Source: Prevotella sp. | GTDB taxonomy: Bacteria; Bacteroidota; Bacteroidia; Bacteroidales; Bacteroidaceae | Assembly: GCA_017477435.1 (NCBI GenBank) | Contig: JAFUVV010000016.1 | Coordinates: 15,421-79,420, forward strand | DNA: 64,000 bases | Direction of reading: 5' to 3' | Part shown: piece by piece, positions 39,051 through 48,837 of the stretch | How positions within the stretch are numbered: position 1 is the stretch's first letter | Layout of the letters: each line of letters starts with the position of its first letter | The notes under the pieces: generated by a model | What the model was told of the DNA's origin: nothing | The model's input: the letters and a program-made list of their open reading frames with translations, nothing else | Databases searched by the model: none | Made by a program: the position numbers and the translations under genes

Positions 39051-39187
39051 GTAACCGGGCTTGATGCCGGCGCTATCAAAGCCAGATAGCGACGCTATCT
39101 GTGCTTGATACCATCGCTATCCGGCTTTGATACCGTCACTATCCGGGCTTGATACTATCGCTATCTGGCTTTGATACTGCCGACAGT
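39051..39187. repeat. Array of six 22-bp palindromic units, TATC variant
   Basis: Units at 39051, 39073, 39095, 39117, 39139, 39161, e.g. CTATCTGGCTTTGATACTGCCG. Confidence 0.92.
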
Positions 39188-39211
39188 GCTTTGGCTGGAT
39201 AAAGACAAAAG

Positions 39212-39249
39212 AAAAGCCTTCCCTGTGCTCTTGGCGGGGAAGGCTTTTT
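39212..39249. terminator. Bidirectional terminator between convergent genes
   Basis: AAAAGCCTTCCC ... GGGAAGGCTTTT. Confidence 0.8.
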
Positions 39250-39250
39250 A

Positions 39251-40885
39251 TTAGAGGTTCATTTCTATCGCGTTCTTTTCGGGGTGTATGCGGTAGGCCC
39301 ACTTCCGTGTGTGCCTCATGTCCTCGAATATGCCCTTCTTCAGTGTCCTGCTATAGCCGAAATCCTTTTGTCGGGCGGTGATTTTCCGTCCTTCGATGCT
39401 CGTGAAGGGCAGTTCGGCCTGCGGCTGGACGTTTAGTTGCATGCACCATTTCAGCTTTTTGTCGCTGCATGTGGCGCGCAGCTGGTTTTCCTTGAGGGTG
39501 ATGATGATATCGGCGTTGCGCCCTTTCAGCGGCCATGCAATCCTCATTCCTCCTTTCATCTGAGTGATTTTAGGTTCGCCCCCGAGGAGTTCCGTCAGGC
39601 GTCCGTCGGCGGTCTGGGCATAGAAGCGCAGGCTGGCCATGTCGTCGGCCGTGCTCCACAGACAGCCGTCGACGAGGGGTAGCGTGAGGTAGAAGCATTT
39701 GTTTGATGTGCATACGCCGCGAAGATAGTCCGACTCGAGGCGCTGGTCGAAGACGTGGATGTCGCGTATGCCCATCCTGTCGCCCTCCCACATCACGTTG
39801 GCGCGATAGTATCGGCTGTTGAACCAGACCGTGCGGCCGCGGTTGGGGGTGTAGTCTTCCATTGCCGAGCATGCCGTGGGCGGCGTGACGGGATACTTTT
39901 TCTTGAACTTGCGGGCCGTCTCTATCAGTGTCTCAACCTGCAGCTTTCCTTCCCTTTGCAGCTGTGATATTTGCGGCAGCTGTACGTCGTAGCCCGCTTT
40001 AAAGACATCCCACGTGAAGGAGTTTTCCTGTCCGGCCTGGAAATAGGTGTATCCCAGAGCGGGGTCTTCGGTATGACAGCGCAGGTACCATCTCACCCAT
40101 TCCGGCTTCTGTGCGTTTTCGTAGGTGGGCTCAATAGTGCATATGCTCTGCACGGCGCCCCCTACTCCCGAGGTGTACTGATAGAGAGGGTCGCTGCCGA
40201 GCATGCGGAAGATGGGCACGTCGATCTGTCCTTCCCGCGTCTGTGCCGGCATGTATGCGTTCAGCCGCGACGGGTAGTAGGCCCCGTGCCAGTATCCTCC
40301 CCAGAGCGTATAGCCGTCGGTGCCGATCTGGTCGCGGCAGATGCAGCATGCCTCTATTCCATATTTGTCGCGCATGTAGGCGAGTGTATGTGCATCGAGG
40401 AACCACGAGCCTATGCTGTTAGGCAGTCGGCCGAACGTTTCCTTGAACTTCTGCATGTATACATCGACCAGCCGTTCGCGCTCTTCCTGCGTATATCCGA
40501 CTGAAAACCCCTTGTCGGCGTGCCAGTCCCATGGGAACCGTCCGCGCCATTTATATCCTGCTGCCTCGACGTGTGGCTGGGTTATCTCCCACCATCCGCC
40601 GACTTCGCAGCCATGGGCAATCTCTTCTTTCATCATGGCGAGGTATCGGCTGTCGATCAGTGCGTCGTATTGCAGGAGCCATGTGCCACGGAAGCCGTAT
40701 TTATGTATTGCATCGGCTTCGGCTTTCGTGGTCTCGTAGAGCACATCTTGCGTGATCTCTTCGTCGCGGGGCTCTATGTCACGAACGAAGTTTATGAAGT
40801 TCACTATGCGTGGGACGTCCTTTCCCCACATTGTGCCGGCGTTCAGTGTCAGGCCGACAACGATGGTCAGAAGATATTTTCTCAT
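39251..40885 (-). CDS. Secreted hypothetical protein, possibly a glycoside hydrolase/deacetylase-type barrel
   Basis: 544-aa Trp/Tyr-rich ORF with signal peptide; GTWLLQYDAL, ERLVD..F..TFG.LP.SIGSW resemble deacetylase-barrel segments (fold is inference). Confidence 0.7.
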   Translation of the reverse strand: MRKYLLTIVVGLTLNAGTMWGKDVPRIVNFINFVRDIEPRDEEITQDVLYETTKAEADAIHKYGFRGTWLLQYDALIDSRYLAMMKEEIAHGCEVGGWWEITQPHVEAAGYKWRGRFPWDWHADKGFSVGYTQEERERLVDVYMQKFKETFGRLPNSIGSWFLDAHTLAYMRDKYGIEACCICRDQIGTDGYTLWGGYWHGAYYPSRLNAYMPAQTREGQIDVPIFRMLGSDPLYQYTSGVGGAVQSICTIEPTYENAQKPEWVRWYLRCHTEDPALGYTYFQAGQENSFTWDVFKAGYDVQLPQISQLQREGKLQVETLIETARKFKKKYPVTPPTACSAMEDYTPNRGRTVWFNSRYYRANVMWEGDRMGIRDIHVFDQRLESDYLRGVCTSNKCFYLTLPLVDGCLWSTADDMASLRFYAQTADGRLTELLGGEPKITQMKGGMRIAWPLKGRNADIIITLKENQLRATCSDKKLKWCMQLNVQPQAELPFTSIEGRKITARQKDFGYSRTLKKGIFEDMRHTRKWAYRIHPEKNAIEMNL

Positions 40886-40939
40886 TTTTTGAAAAACATA
40901 GATTGAAGGTTATGGAATTCTGCTGTGGCGGCTTTCCTT

Positions 40940-42154
<1,215 letters not shown>

Positions 42155-42178
42155 TTAATATGTTATTATGTTAATTTG

Positions 42179-43159
42179 TCAGTCCTTCAGTCTGTCTCGG
42201 CATTGCTCGAGGATGTTGGTGAGGTCGTCGACAGTCTCTGCCCTCAGCATTGCTATGCGTGTCTGGCGGAAGTCGGGGATGCCTTTGAACACTGGCGACG
42301 CTGCGAGATGTCGTCGGGTGTGGAGGATGCCGCGATACTCGTCGATGCGCTCAACGTTTATCCGTAGCTGTTCCTCAAGGATGTCTATCTTCTCGGAGAT
42401 GGTCAGTTCGGGAGCATCGACATTATCGAGCAGGTCGCGTATCTCCTTGAACACCCACGGACGCCCGAACGATGCGCGTCCCACCATGATGGCGTCTACT
42501 CCGTATCGGTCGAATGCCTGACGGGCTTGCTCTGCGGTGGTGATGTCGCCGTTGCCGATGATGGGAATCGTTATCCGCGGATTGTTCTTCACCTCGCCAA
42601 TGAGAGTCCAGTCGGCAGATCCGGTGTACATCTGCGACCGTGTGCGTCCGTGGATGGTGAGGGCCTTTATTCCACAGTCCTGCAGTTGTTCTGCCAGCGT
42701 GGTTATGATGAGCTGTTCGGAGTTCCACCCCAGCCGTGTCTTCACGGTCACCGGCACGTTCACCGCCTTCACCACTTCTCGCGTGATGTCGAGCAACAGC
42801 GGAATGTTCTGCAACATCCCTGCTCCTGCTCCTTTCCCTGCAACTTTCTTCACGGGACATCCGAAGTTGAGGTCGATCACGTCGGGCCCGGCCTGCTCCA
42901 CTATCTTTGCTGCCTCGACCATCTGCGGCACGTCGCGGCCGTAGATCTGAATGCCCACAGGGCGCTCCTCGTCGCTGATGGTGAGCTTCTGCACGGTGCT
43001 CTTCACTGAGCGCACAAGTGCTTCTGCCGACACAAACTCGGTGTAGACCATCGATGCACCGAACCGCTTGCACAGCTTGCGGAAGCCGATGTCGGTCACA
43101 TCCTCCATGGGGGCGAGGAAAACGGGGCGATGGCCAAAGTCGATTGTTCCTATTTTCAT
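42179..43159 (-). CDS. dusB: tRNA-dihydrouridine synthase B
   Basis: Start MKIGTIDFG; LAPMEDVTD, IDLNFGCP, TIHGRT, IGNGDI. Confidence 0.95.
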   Translation of the reverse strand: MKIGTIDFGHRPVFLAPMEDVTDIGFRKLCKRFGASMVYTEFVSAEALVRSVKSTVQKLTISDEERPVGIQIYGRDVPQMVEAAKIVEQAGPDVIDLNFGCPVKKVAGKGAGAGMLQNIPLLLDITREVVKAVNVPVTVKTRLGWNSEQLIITTLAEQLQDCGIKALTIHGRTRSQMYTGSADWTLIGEVKNNPRITIPIIGNGDITTAEQARQAFDRYGVDAIMVGRASFGRPWVFKEIRDLLDNVDAPELTISEKIDILEEQLRINVERIDEYRGILHTRRHLAASPVFKGIPDFRQTRIAMLRAETVDDLTNILEQCRDRLKD

Positions 43160-43284
43160 CTCGATTGCGAAGTTACAATATTTATCCAAAAACTTCATAC
43201 ATTTTTATTTATTTTAAATATTTTCCCTCTCTTGTCTCGCTCTTTTTTAATAGCTTTGCAGGCTGAAACAAAAGAAAGAAGACA

Positions 43285-44544
43285 ATGAAAGAGACACCAG
43301 TATTACTTCTGACAGGTTATCTGGGCAGCGGCAAGACCACCCTGCTCAACCGTATACTCACGAATCGCCGCAACATCAAGTTTGCCGTCATAGTGAACGA
43401 CATCGGCGAGGTGAATATCGATGCGTCGCTCATCGAGAAGGGCGGCGTTGTCGGTCAGGGCGACGACAGCCTCGTGGCGCTTCAGAATGGCTGCATCTGC
43501 TGCACGCTGAAGATGGACCTCGTGGCTCAGTTGCGCGATATCATGAAGATGGATCGCTTCGATTACATCGCCATCGAGGCCAGCGGTATATGTGAGCCCG
43601 AGCCGATAGCGCAGACGATATGCTCTATGCCGCGTATGGGCAGCGAGTACACCCAGTATGGCATTCCGCGCCTCGACTGCGTGGTGACCGTGACGGATGC
43701 GCTCCGACTGCAGAGTGAGTTCGACTGCGGCGACAGCCTGACACGAAAGAATATCGACGAGGAGGACATCGAAAACCTCATCATACAGCAGATAGAGTTC
43801 TGCAACATCGTACTGCTCAATAAGGCTTCTGAGGTGGAACCCTCGGAGCTGGAGCGCATAAAGCACATCATCCGCACGCTGCAGCCGAAGGCCGAAATCC
43901 TTCCCTGCGACTATGCCGACATCGACCTCGACAAGCTCGTGGGCACGGGGATGTTCGACTTCGAGGAGGTCATGACTTCTGCCACATGGATAAAGGAGCT
44001 GGAGAAGCACGTTGACGAGGATGATGACGACGATGACGACGACCACGACCATCATCACCACGACGACCACGACGACGAGGAGCACGAGCATCATCACCAC
44101 GACGACGATGATGACGACGACCACCACCACGAGCATCATCACCACCACCATCATCATGGCGAGGGCGAAGCCGAGGAATATGGCATCGGGACGTTCGTCT
44201 ACTACCGCCGCCGGCCGTTCGACATCCACAAGTTCGACCGCTTCGTCTCCACTGAGTGGCCGCGCAACATCATCCGCGCCAAGGGAGTGTGCTACTTCTC
44301 CCACAATACCGACATGTCGTTCCTCTTCGAGCAGGCCGGAGTACAGAAGACGCTGCGCGAGGCAGGATTGTGGTACGCTACGATGAAGGAGGAAGAGCTC
44401 ATCGAACTGATGAAACGCGAGCCCGGGCTGCTACGCGACTGGGATGATACTTGGGGCGACCGCATGCAGAAGATTGTGTTCATCGGACAGAAGCTCGACA
44501 AGGATTTCATCCGACGAAAACTCGACGAGTGCCTGCTCGGATAG
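43285..44544 (+). CDS. CobW/COG0523 G3E GTPase metallochaperone with His/Asp-rich insert
   Basis: TGYLGSGKTT, NGCICC, IEASG, LLNK, IIRAKG. Confidence 0.93.
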   Translation: MKETPVLLLTGYLGSGKTTLLNRILTNRRNIKFAVIVNDIGEVNIDASLIEKGGVVGQGDDSLVALQNGCICCTLKMDLVAQLRDIMKMDRFDYIAIEASGICEPEPIAQTICSMPRMGSEYTQYGIPRLDCVVTVTDALRLQSEFDCGDSLTRKNIDEEDIENLIIQQIEFCNIVLLNKASEVEPSELERIKHIIRTLQPKAEILPCDYADIDLDKLVGTGMFDFEEVMTSATWIKELEKHVDEDDDDDDDDHDHHHHDDHDDEEHEHHHHDDDDDDDHHHEHHHHHHHHGEGEAEEYGIGTFVYYRRRPFDIHKFDRFVSTEWPRNIIRAKGVCYFSHNTDMSFLFEQAGVQKTLREAGLWYATMKEEELIELMKREPGLLRDWDDTWGDRMQKIVFIGQKLDKDFIRRKLDECLLG

Positions 44545-44626
44545 ACTTTCGACTGTCGATCACTTAGGTTTTTCTACCACAGATTTCACAGATTTCTCTG
44601 ATTATTCCTGATAGAGAATATAAAAC

Positions 44627-44677
44627 AAAAACGATTCCACAGATTTTTAGATATAAGAGTCTGTGGAGTCGTTTTTT
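44627..44677. terminator. Bidirectional terminator between cobW-like gene and dprA
   Basis: AAAAACGATTCCACAGATTT ... GAGTCTGTGGAGTCGTTTTT. Confidence 0.7.
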
Positions 44678-44739
44678 ATGTCTTAACGACAACTGGAAAA
44701 GAGGGTGTCGGGGCCTTCTGAGGATGGCTGTTGATAGTA

Positions 44740-44840
44740 CAGGCGGCAGTACATGGCTTTTGTACTCGCTGTACAAAGCCCATGTACTCCCAGTACAACG
44801 TTCATGTACTCGGAATACAAAGCCCATGTACTGCTGTCTG
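44740..44840. repeat. Array of four 22-bp palindromic units, GTAC variant, with 14-bp imperfect terminal IR
   Basis: Units at 44748, 44770, 44792, 44814; spacers TGGCTTT, AAGCCCA, ACGTTCA, AAGCCCA; ends CAGGCGGCAGTACA / TGTACTGCTGTCTG. Confidence 0.92.
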
Positions 44841-44867
44841 GCGATGCTGAAGGCAAAAAAAAGAGGT

Positions 44868-45998
44868 TCAGATGGTGAGCAAATGGTAGGTTCCTCCCGC
44901 CATTGGGCGCACCACTCCTTTCATCTCGAGCGAAAAGAGGATAGCGGCGAGTGAGGATATCGTGATGCCTGTCTGCACGGCGAGGATGTTTATCTGCTGG
45001 TCGTTGTTTTTCGTGAGTGCTTCGACGACGGTCTGTTCCTCGTCGGTGAGGTCGGGAAACATCTGTCGCTCTATTCCCTCCTTGCGTGCTTTCTGCTCCT
45101 TTGCTGCTGGCTGCCATCCCATGGTGTTGAGCAGGTCGAGGGCCGAGGTGATGAGTGTGGCTCCGTTGTTGCGGATGAGCTGGTTGCATCCCTCGCTGTA
45201 TTTGGCTCCGACGGCTCCCGGGAATGCCATGACATCGCGGTTGTAGCTGCCTGCTATGGCTGCGGTGATGAGTCCGCCGCCATGTGCGGCACTCTCCACA
45301 AGGATGGTGGCATCGGCGATACCGGCCACTATCCTGTTGCGACGGACGAAGTTCACCTTGTCGGCTTTTGTGCTCGTCGGGAACTCCGTGAGGAGTCCTC
45401 CTTGGCGGAGCATCTGCTCGGCTGTCGACCGATGGAGGGTGGGGTAGATGGTGTCGAGCCCGTGGGCAAGCACGCCGACGGTCTCCATACCCTGTTCGAG
45501 GGCGGTGCGGTGGGCGCAGATGTCGATGCCGTAGGCCAGTCCGCTGACGATTACCACGTCGGGTGCGAGCTGTCGCAGGTCGGCCACGAGACGGCGTGTG
45601 AGCTCCTGTCCGTAGGATGTCGCCTGCCGAGTTCCGACGATGTTGATCACCCGCGGTGCATTCAGGTCGGCCGTGCCGCGATAGTAGAGCACGAGCGGGG
45701 CGTCGTCGCAGTGGCGGAGGCGCTCAGGATAGTCGGGCGAGGAGAGAAGGAGCGGGGTGATATGGTGTCGCTCGTCGAACTCAAGTTCGGCTTCGGCGCG
45801 ACGGAGAGGTTCGTCGATATCCTTCAGCGAGGCCACGAGGCGGTCGGATGCCGTGGGCAGGATGTCGCGGATGTTGCTGCGGTGATTCACGATCTCTGTG
45901 GCCGAACCGACGGCGCGGTATAGCTGGAGGATATTGGCAAGGGAGAAATATCCTATTCGTGTCAGTGCGATGGCGTTGATTATTTCCTGTTGGTTCAT
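44868..45998 (-). CDS. dprA: DNA-processing protein DprA
   Basis: IVGTR, VSGLAYGID, FVRRNRIVAG, GGGLITA; C-terminal winged helix. Confidence 0.96.
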   Translation of the reverse strand: MNQQEIINAIALTRIGYFSLANILQLYRAVGSATEIVNHRSNIRDILPTASDRLVASLKDIDEPLRRAEAELEFDERHHITPLLLSSPDYPERLRHCDDAPLVLYYRGTADLNAPRVINIVGTRQATSYGQELTRRLVADLRQLAPDVVIVSGLAYGIDICAHRTALEQGMETVGVLAHGLDTIYPTLHRSTAEQMLRQGGLLTEFPTSTKADKVNFVRRNRIVAGIADATILVESAAHGGGLITAAIAGSYNRDVMAFPGAVGAKYSEGCNQLIRNNGATLITSALDLLNTMGWQPAAKEQKARKEGIERQMFPDLTDEEQTVVEALTKNNDQQINILAVQTGITISSLAAILFSLEMKGVVRPMAGGTYHLLTI

Positions 45999-46069
45999 TA
46001 TGGAATACGGGTGAAGGAATATGGGTGATGGGGTAGGGGTGACGGAATTGTGAAAAGGTGAGGGTTTTG

Positions 46070-46963
46070 TTATATCTTTCCCAGGCGGGAGTGGATGCCG
46101 TTGCTGTAGGCGCGGAAGATGTCGGCCACGTCGCTCCAGCTATATCCCCACCGGAGGATGGCCATCAGGATGGCACCCCAGAGATAGCCTTGCAGGTCGA
46201 TGAATGGACGGAGGTATCTCACGCCGGCGTTACTACCGTAGTGGTGATTGAAATAGGCAGAGTTGCGCACCTGATAGAGGTGCTTTTTCTTCTTCTTCTG
46301 GAATTTCGCTGTCCATGTGTCGTCGGAGAAGAACAGTTTTTTCTGTATTATGGCTTCGGGGATATACCTGACGCGCAATCCCGCCTGCACCGTGCGCAGA
46401 CTGTAGTCGGTGTCGTCGTAGAAGAGGAACAGGTCTTTGTTCGGAAGTCCTATTCTCTCCACCACCCTCCGGCTGATTAGCGGTCCTTCGAACACCATCC
46501 CTTCGATGTCGGTGGCTGTGGTGACGTCGGGTGTGAGGCGTCCACGGTGCATCGGGCGGAACGGGTTGGCGAGGTTTATCTGCCGGCATTCGTTCACAAA
46601 AACCTTGCCCTCCCTGATCCTCCTCGGGCAGAGGATGCCGATGTCGTCGGCGTCGGCATGCTTCAGTAGCTCGTTCAGACATGTCGGCTCGGGATAGACG
46701 TCGTCGTCCATGCACCATATCCAGTCGGCTCCGAGGTCGTAGGCCCGTTTCATTCCGACGTAGAACCCGCCCGAACCGCCAACGTTGTCCTGACTGATGA
46801 CGTCGAGTCCCGTCTGCTCCTGCAGCCACTCCGCAGTGCCGTCGGTAGAGCCGTTGTTGACGACGACGATAGCCGACAGCCGACCGATGGCCTTCAGGTG
46901 GGCAATGGTGACTTTGAGAAGCTCGAAGCGGTTGTAGGTGACGACGACAGAGATAATCTTCAT
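46070..46963 (-). CDS. GT2 glycosyltransferase
   Basis: VVVTYNR, VNNGSTDGT, NVGGSGGF, WCMDDD, FYDDTDYSLR. Confidence 0.92.
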   Translation of the reverse strand: MKIISVVVTYNRFELLKVTIAHLKAIGRLSAIVVVNNGSTDGTAEWLQEQTGLDVISQDNVGGSGGFYVGMKRAYDLGADWIWCMDDDVYPEPTCLNELLKHADADDIGILCPRRIREGKVFVNECRQINLANPFRPMHRGRLTPDVTTATDIEGMVFEGPLISRRVVERIGLPNKDLFLFYDDTDYSLRTVQAGLRVRYIPEAIIQKKLFFSDDTWTAKFQKKKKKHLYQVRNSAYFNHHYGSNAGVRYLRPFIDLQGYLWGAILMAILRWGYSWSDVADIFRAYSNGIHSRLGKI

Positions 46964-47005
46964 TCTTTTCCGGTATTATATTCTAAAAAAGCGAATAGCA
47001 CTGTG

Positions 47006-47413
47006 CTATTCCTTGTCGATGTAGCTTTTGAAAGCCGTGTCGAGCTCTTCGCTGACGGCCAGCTTTCCGTTTATGAGGCACACGATTTCCACCTCTGAGC
47101 GGAAACAGAGCTTTTCGTCGCTCTCTCTGAAGAGGTCGTGCGAGAACACATATCTGACGCCCTCCTTACGAAGAGCCATTCTTGAGATGGCAACGTCTTC
47201 GCTGCGCAGGGGAACCTTGTATTGAAGGTTCATCCTCGCCACCACGGCGTCGGTGTCTTTCGCGTGCAGCTCTGCGAAACTGAGCCCCAGATGGCGGAGG
47301 AAGAGATGGCGGGTGTGCTCGGTGTAGTGGAGATAGTTGGCATTGTTCACAATGCCCTGGATGTCGCATTCATAGTCGCGAACCTCTATCCTTGTCTCGA
47401 AAATGTATTCCAT
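47006..47413 (-). CDS. Acyl-CoA thioesterase (hotdog fold)
   Basis: VRDYECDIQGIVNNANYLHYTEHTR. Confidence 0.92.
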   Translation of the reverse strand: MEYIFETRIEVRDYECDIQGIVNNANYLHYTEHTRHLFLRHLGLSFAELHAKDTDAVVARMNLQYKVPLRSEDVAISRMALRKEGVRYVFSHDLFRESDEKLCFRSEVEIVCLINGKLAVSEELDTAFKSYIDKE

Positions 47414-47429
47414 AATATAAAGGTGTATA

Positions 47430-48728
47430 TTATGAATTGCTGCTCATGTATTCGTATCCGAAGCGGCAACGCAGGCATTCCTTGCGGTCGCAGTATTCTT
47501 TCTTCAGCTGTATGAGCGCCTGAGAGTCGGCAGCCGTCTTTGCCTCCAGGCCACACTCTTTCCACGTGGTCACGATGCTATTCTTCTCGGCAGCAAGTTC
47601 TTCGAGAAGCGAGAACGCCCTGTCGCAGAGATATTCTTTTGAGAAAGTTCGTCCGTAGGCAAATAGCATCGGCACCACGGTGTTGATGATGATGAGGTCT
47701 TTTGATGCAGTGGAGAGCACTTTGTAGCTTTTCCGGCATTCAGCTCCGAAGAGGAAGTGCGTCTGCCAGTATTCGGTCACCGAGGTGGCGAGGGCCCTGT
47801 GCAGCTCTTTCATGTTGCGGCATTCGAGAATCTGGCTCAGGTTGGCCGTGCCGCTGTTGTAGAGCTGCGCCAGCTGAGAGACGCGTATGTGGGGGAAGTT
47901 CTGCGGGCGGAGACGCATGAATCGCCACATCGAGGGGTCCATCGGGGTGAGGTTGAACTTCAGGGACAGATATTTATATTCGCTCAGCAGGCGGCGATAG
48001 TAGTCGTCGTCGATGGCTCTTTCGAGGTAGCGGCTGTTGATGGCTTCGGGCTTCAGCAGTCCTGCCTGACCCATGAAGAACGCTTCCACCTGGAAGATGT
48101 CGTCGCGGTGGTGGGCAACGAAGCCGATGTGCAGGTTCTGTGCCCATGCTTCGAAGGCGTCGCCGTTGATGCCGAAGCCGAAGTTGCGTGCCAGTGTCCT
48201 GAAGAAGGCTTCTTCCCACGAACCGTTCGACTGCTCCACGCGCTTCACGATGGCAGCGGTCTTCTGCTCAAGACGCTCGGTCTGGAGGGCGCTAAGCCAG
48301 CTGTTGACCTTTATCTTCGAGAGCGTCGGTATTATCTTGTAGCACGGCGGATAGCGGTCTTCGTTGATGAGACTCTCGTAGTTCTTCTTCACCGTCTCGG
48401 GCACAGGGAGCTGCAGTTGCGGAATCTTGCGCCCGTCGGATGTGGTGACGTCGTCGTCGGCCTCTTCAACCACGTGGAGTATCACGTTGTCGTAGGCTTT
48501 GTCGGAGTCGTGACCATGGCGAAACCAGTCCTTAGAATGGTCGTGGATCTCCACGTTGCCCACCCACATTTCGCCGCCGATCTTCACTTTGGCATTGAAG
48601 AAATCAGGGCCGGAGTTGCTGTTGTGGAGACCGGTGTCGACCACTTCAACCATCTGTCCGTCGGTCGTGGTGAGCTCTTTCAGGGGGAAGAGGCGATGCT
48701 TCCAAACGTAGTGGAGGAGTTTTTCCAT
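47430..48728 (-). CDS. DUF2851 family protein
   Basis: MEKLLHYVWKH, GPDFFNAK, WVGNVEIH, YDNVILHVV, RLRPQNFP, C-terminal C..K.CLRC.FG. Confidence 0.88.
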   Translation of the reverse strand: MEKLLHYVWKHRLFPLKELTTTDGQMVEVVDTGLHNSNSGPDFFNAKVKIGGEMWVGNVEIHDHSKDWFRHGHDSDKAYDNVILHVVEEADDDVTTSDGRKIPQLQLPVPETVKKNYESLINEDRYPPCYKIIPTLSKIKVNSWLSALQTERLEQKTAAIVKRVEQSNGSWEEAFFRTLARNFGFGINGDAFEAWAQNLHIGFVAHHRDDIFQVEAFFMGQAGLLKPEAINSRYLERAIDDDYYRRLLSEYKYLSLKFNLTPMDPSMWRFMRLRPQNFPHIRVSQLAQLYNSGTANLSQILECRNMKELHRALATSVTEYWQTHFLFGAECRKSYKVLSTASKDLIIINTVVPMLFAYGRTFSKEYLCDRAFSLLEELAAEKNSIVTTWKECGLEAKTAADSQALIQLKKEYCDRKECLRCRFGYEYMSSNS

Positions 48729-48774
48729 GTGGTGTGTGAGGTTTTGACAAAGATTTTCAGTGTTTTTTTTATCG

Positions 48775-48817
48775 AAAAACAGCAGGCGGCACGTACTGTC
48801 TCGTGCCGGTCTGCTGC
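48775..48817 (-). terminator. Terminator of the PCMD/dockerin operon
   Basis: CAGCAGGCGGCACG ... CGTGCCGGTCTGCTG with a U tail on the minus strand. Confidence 0.75.
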
Positions 48818-48837
48818 TTGTGTATAGAGTAGGAATG

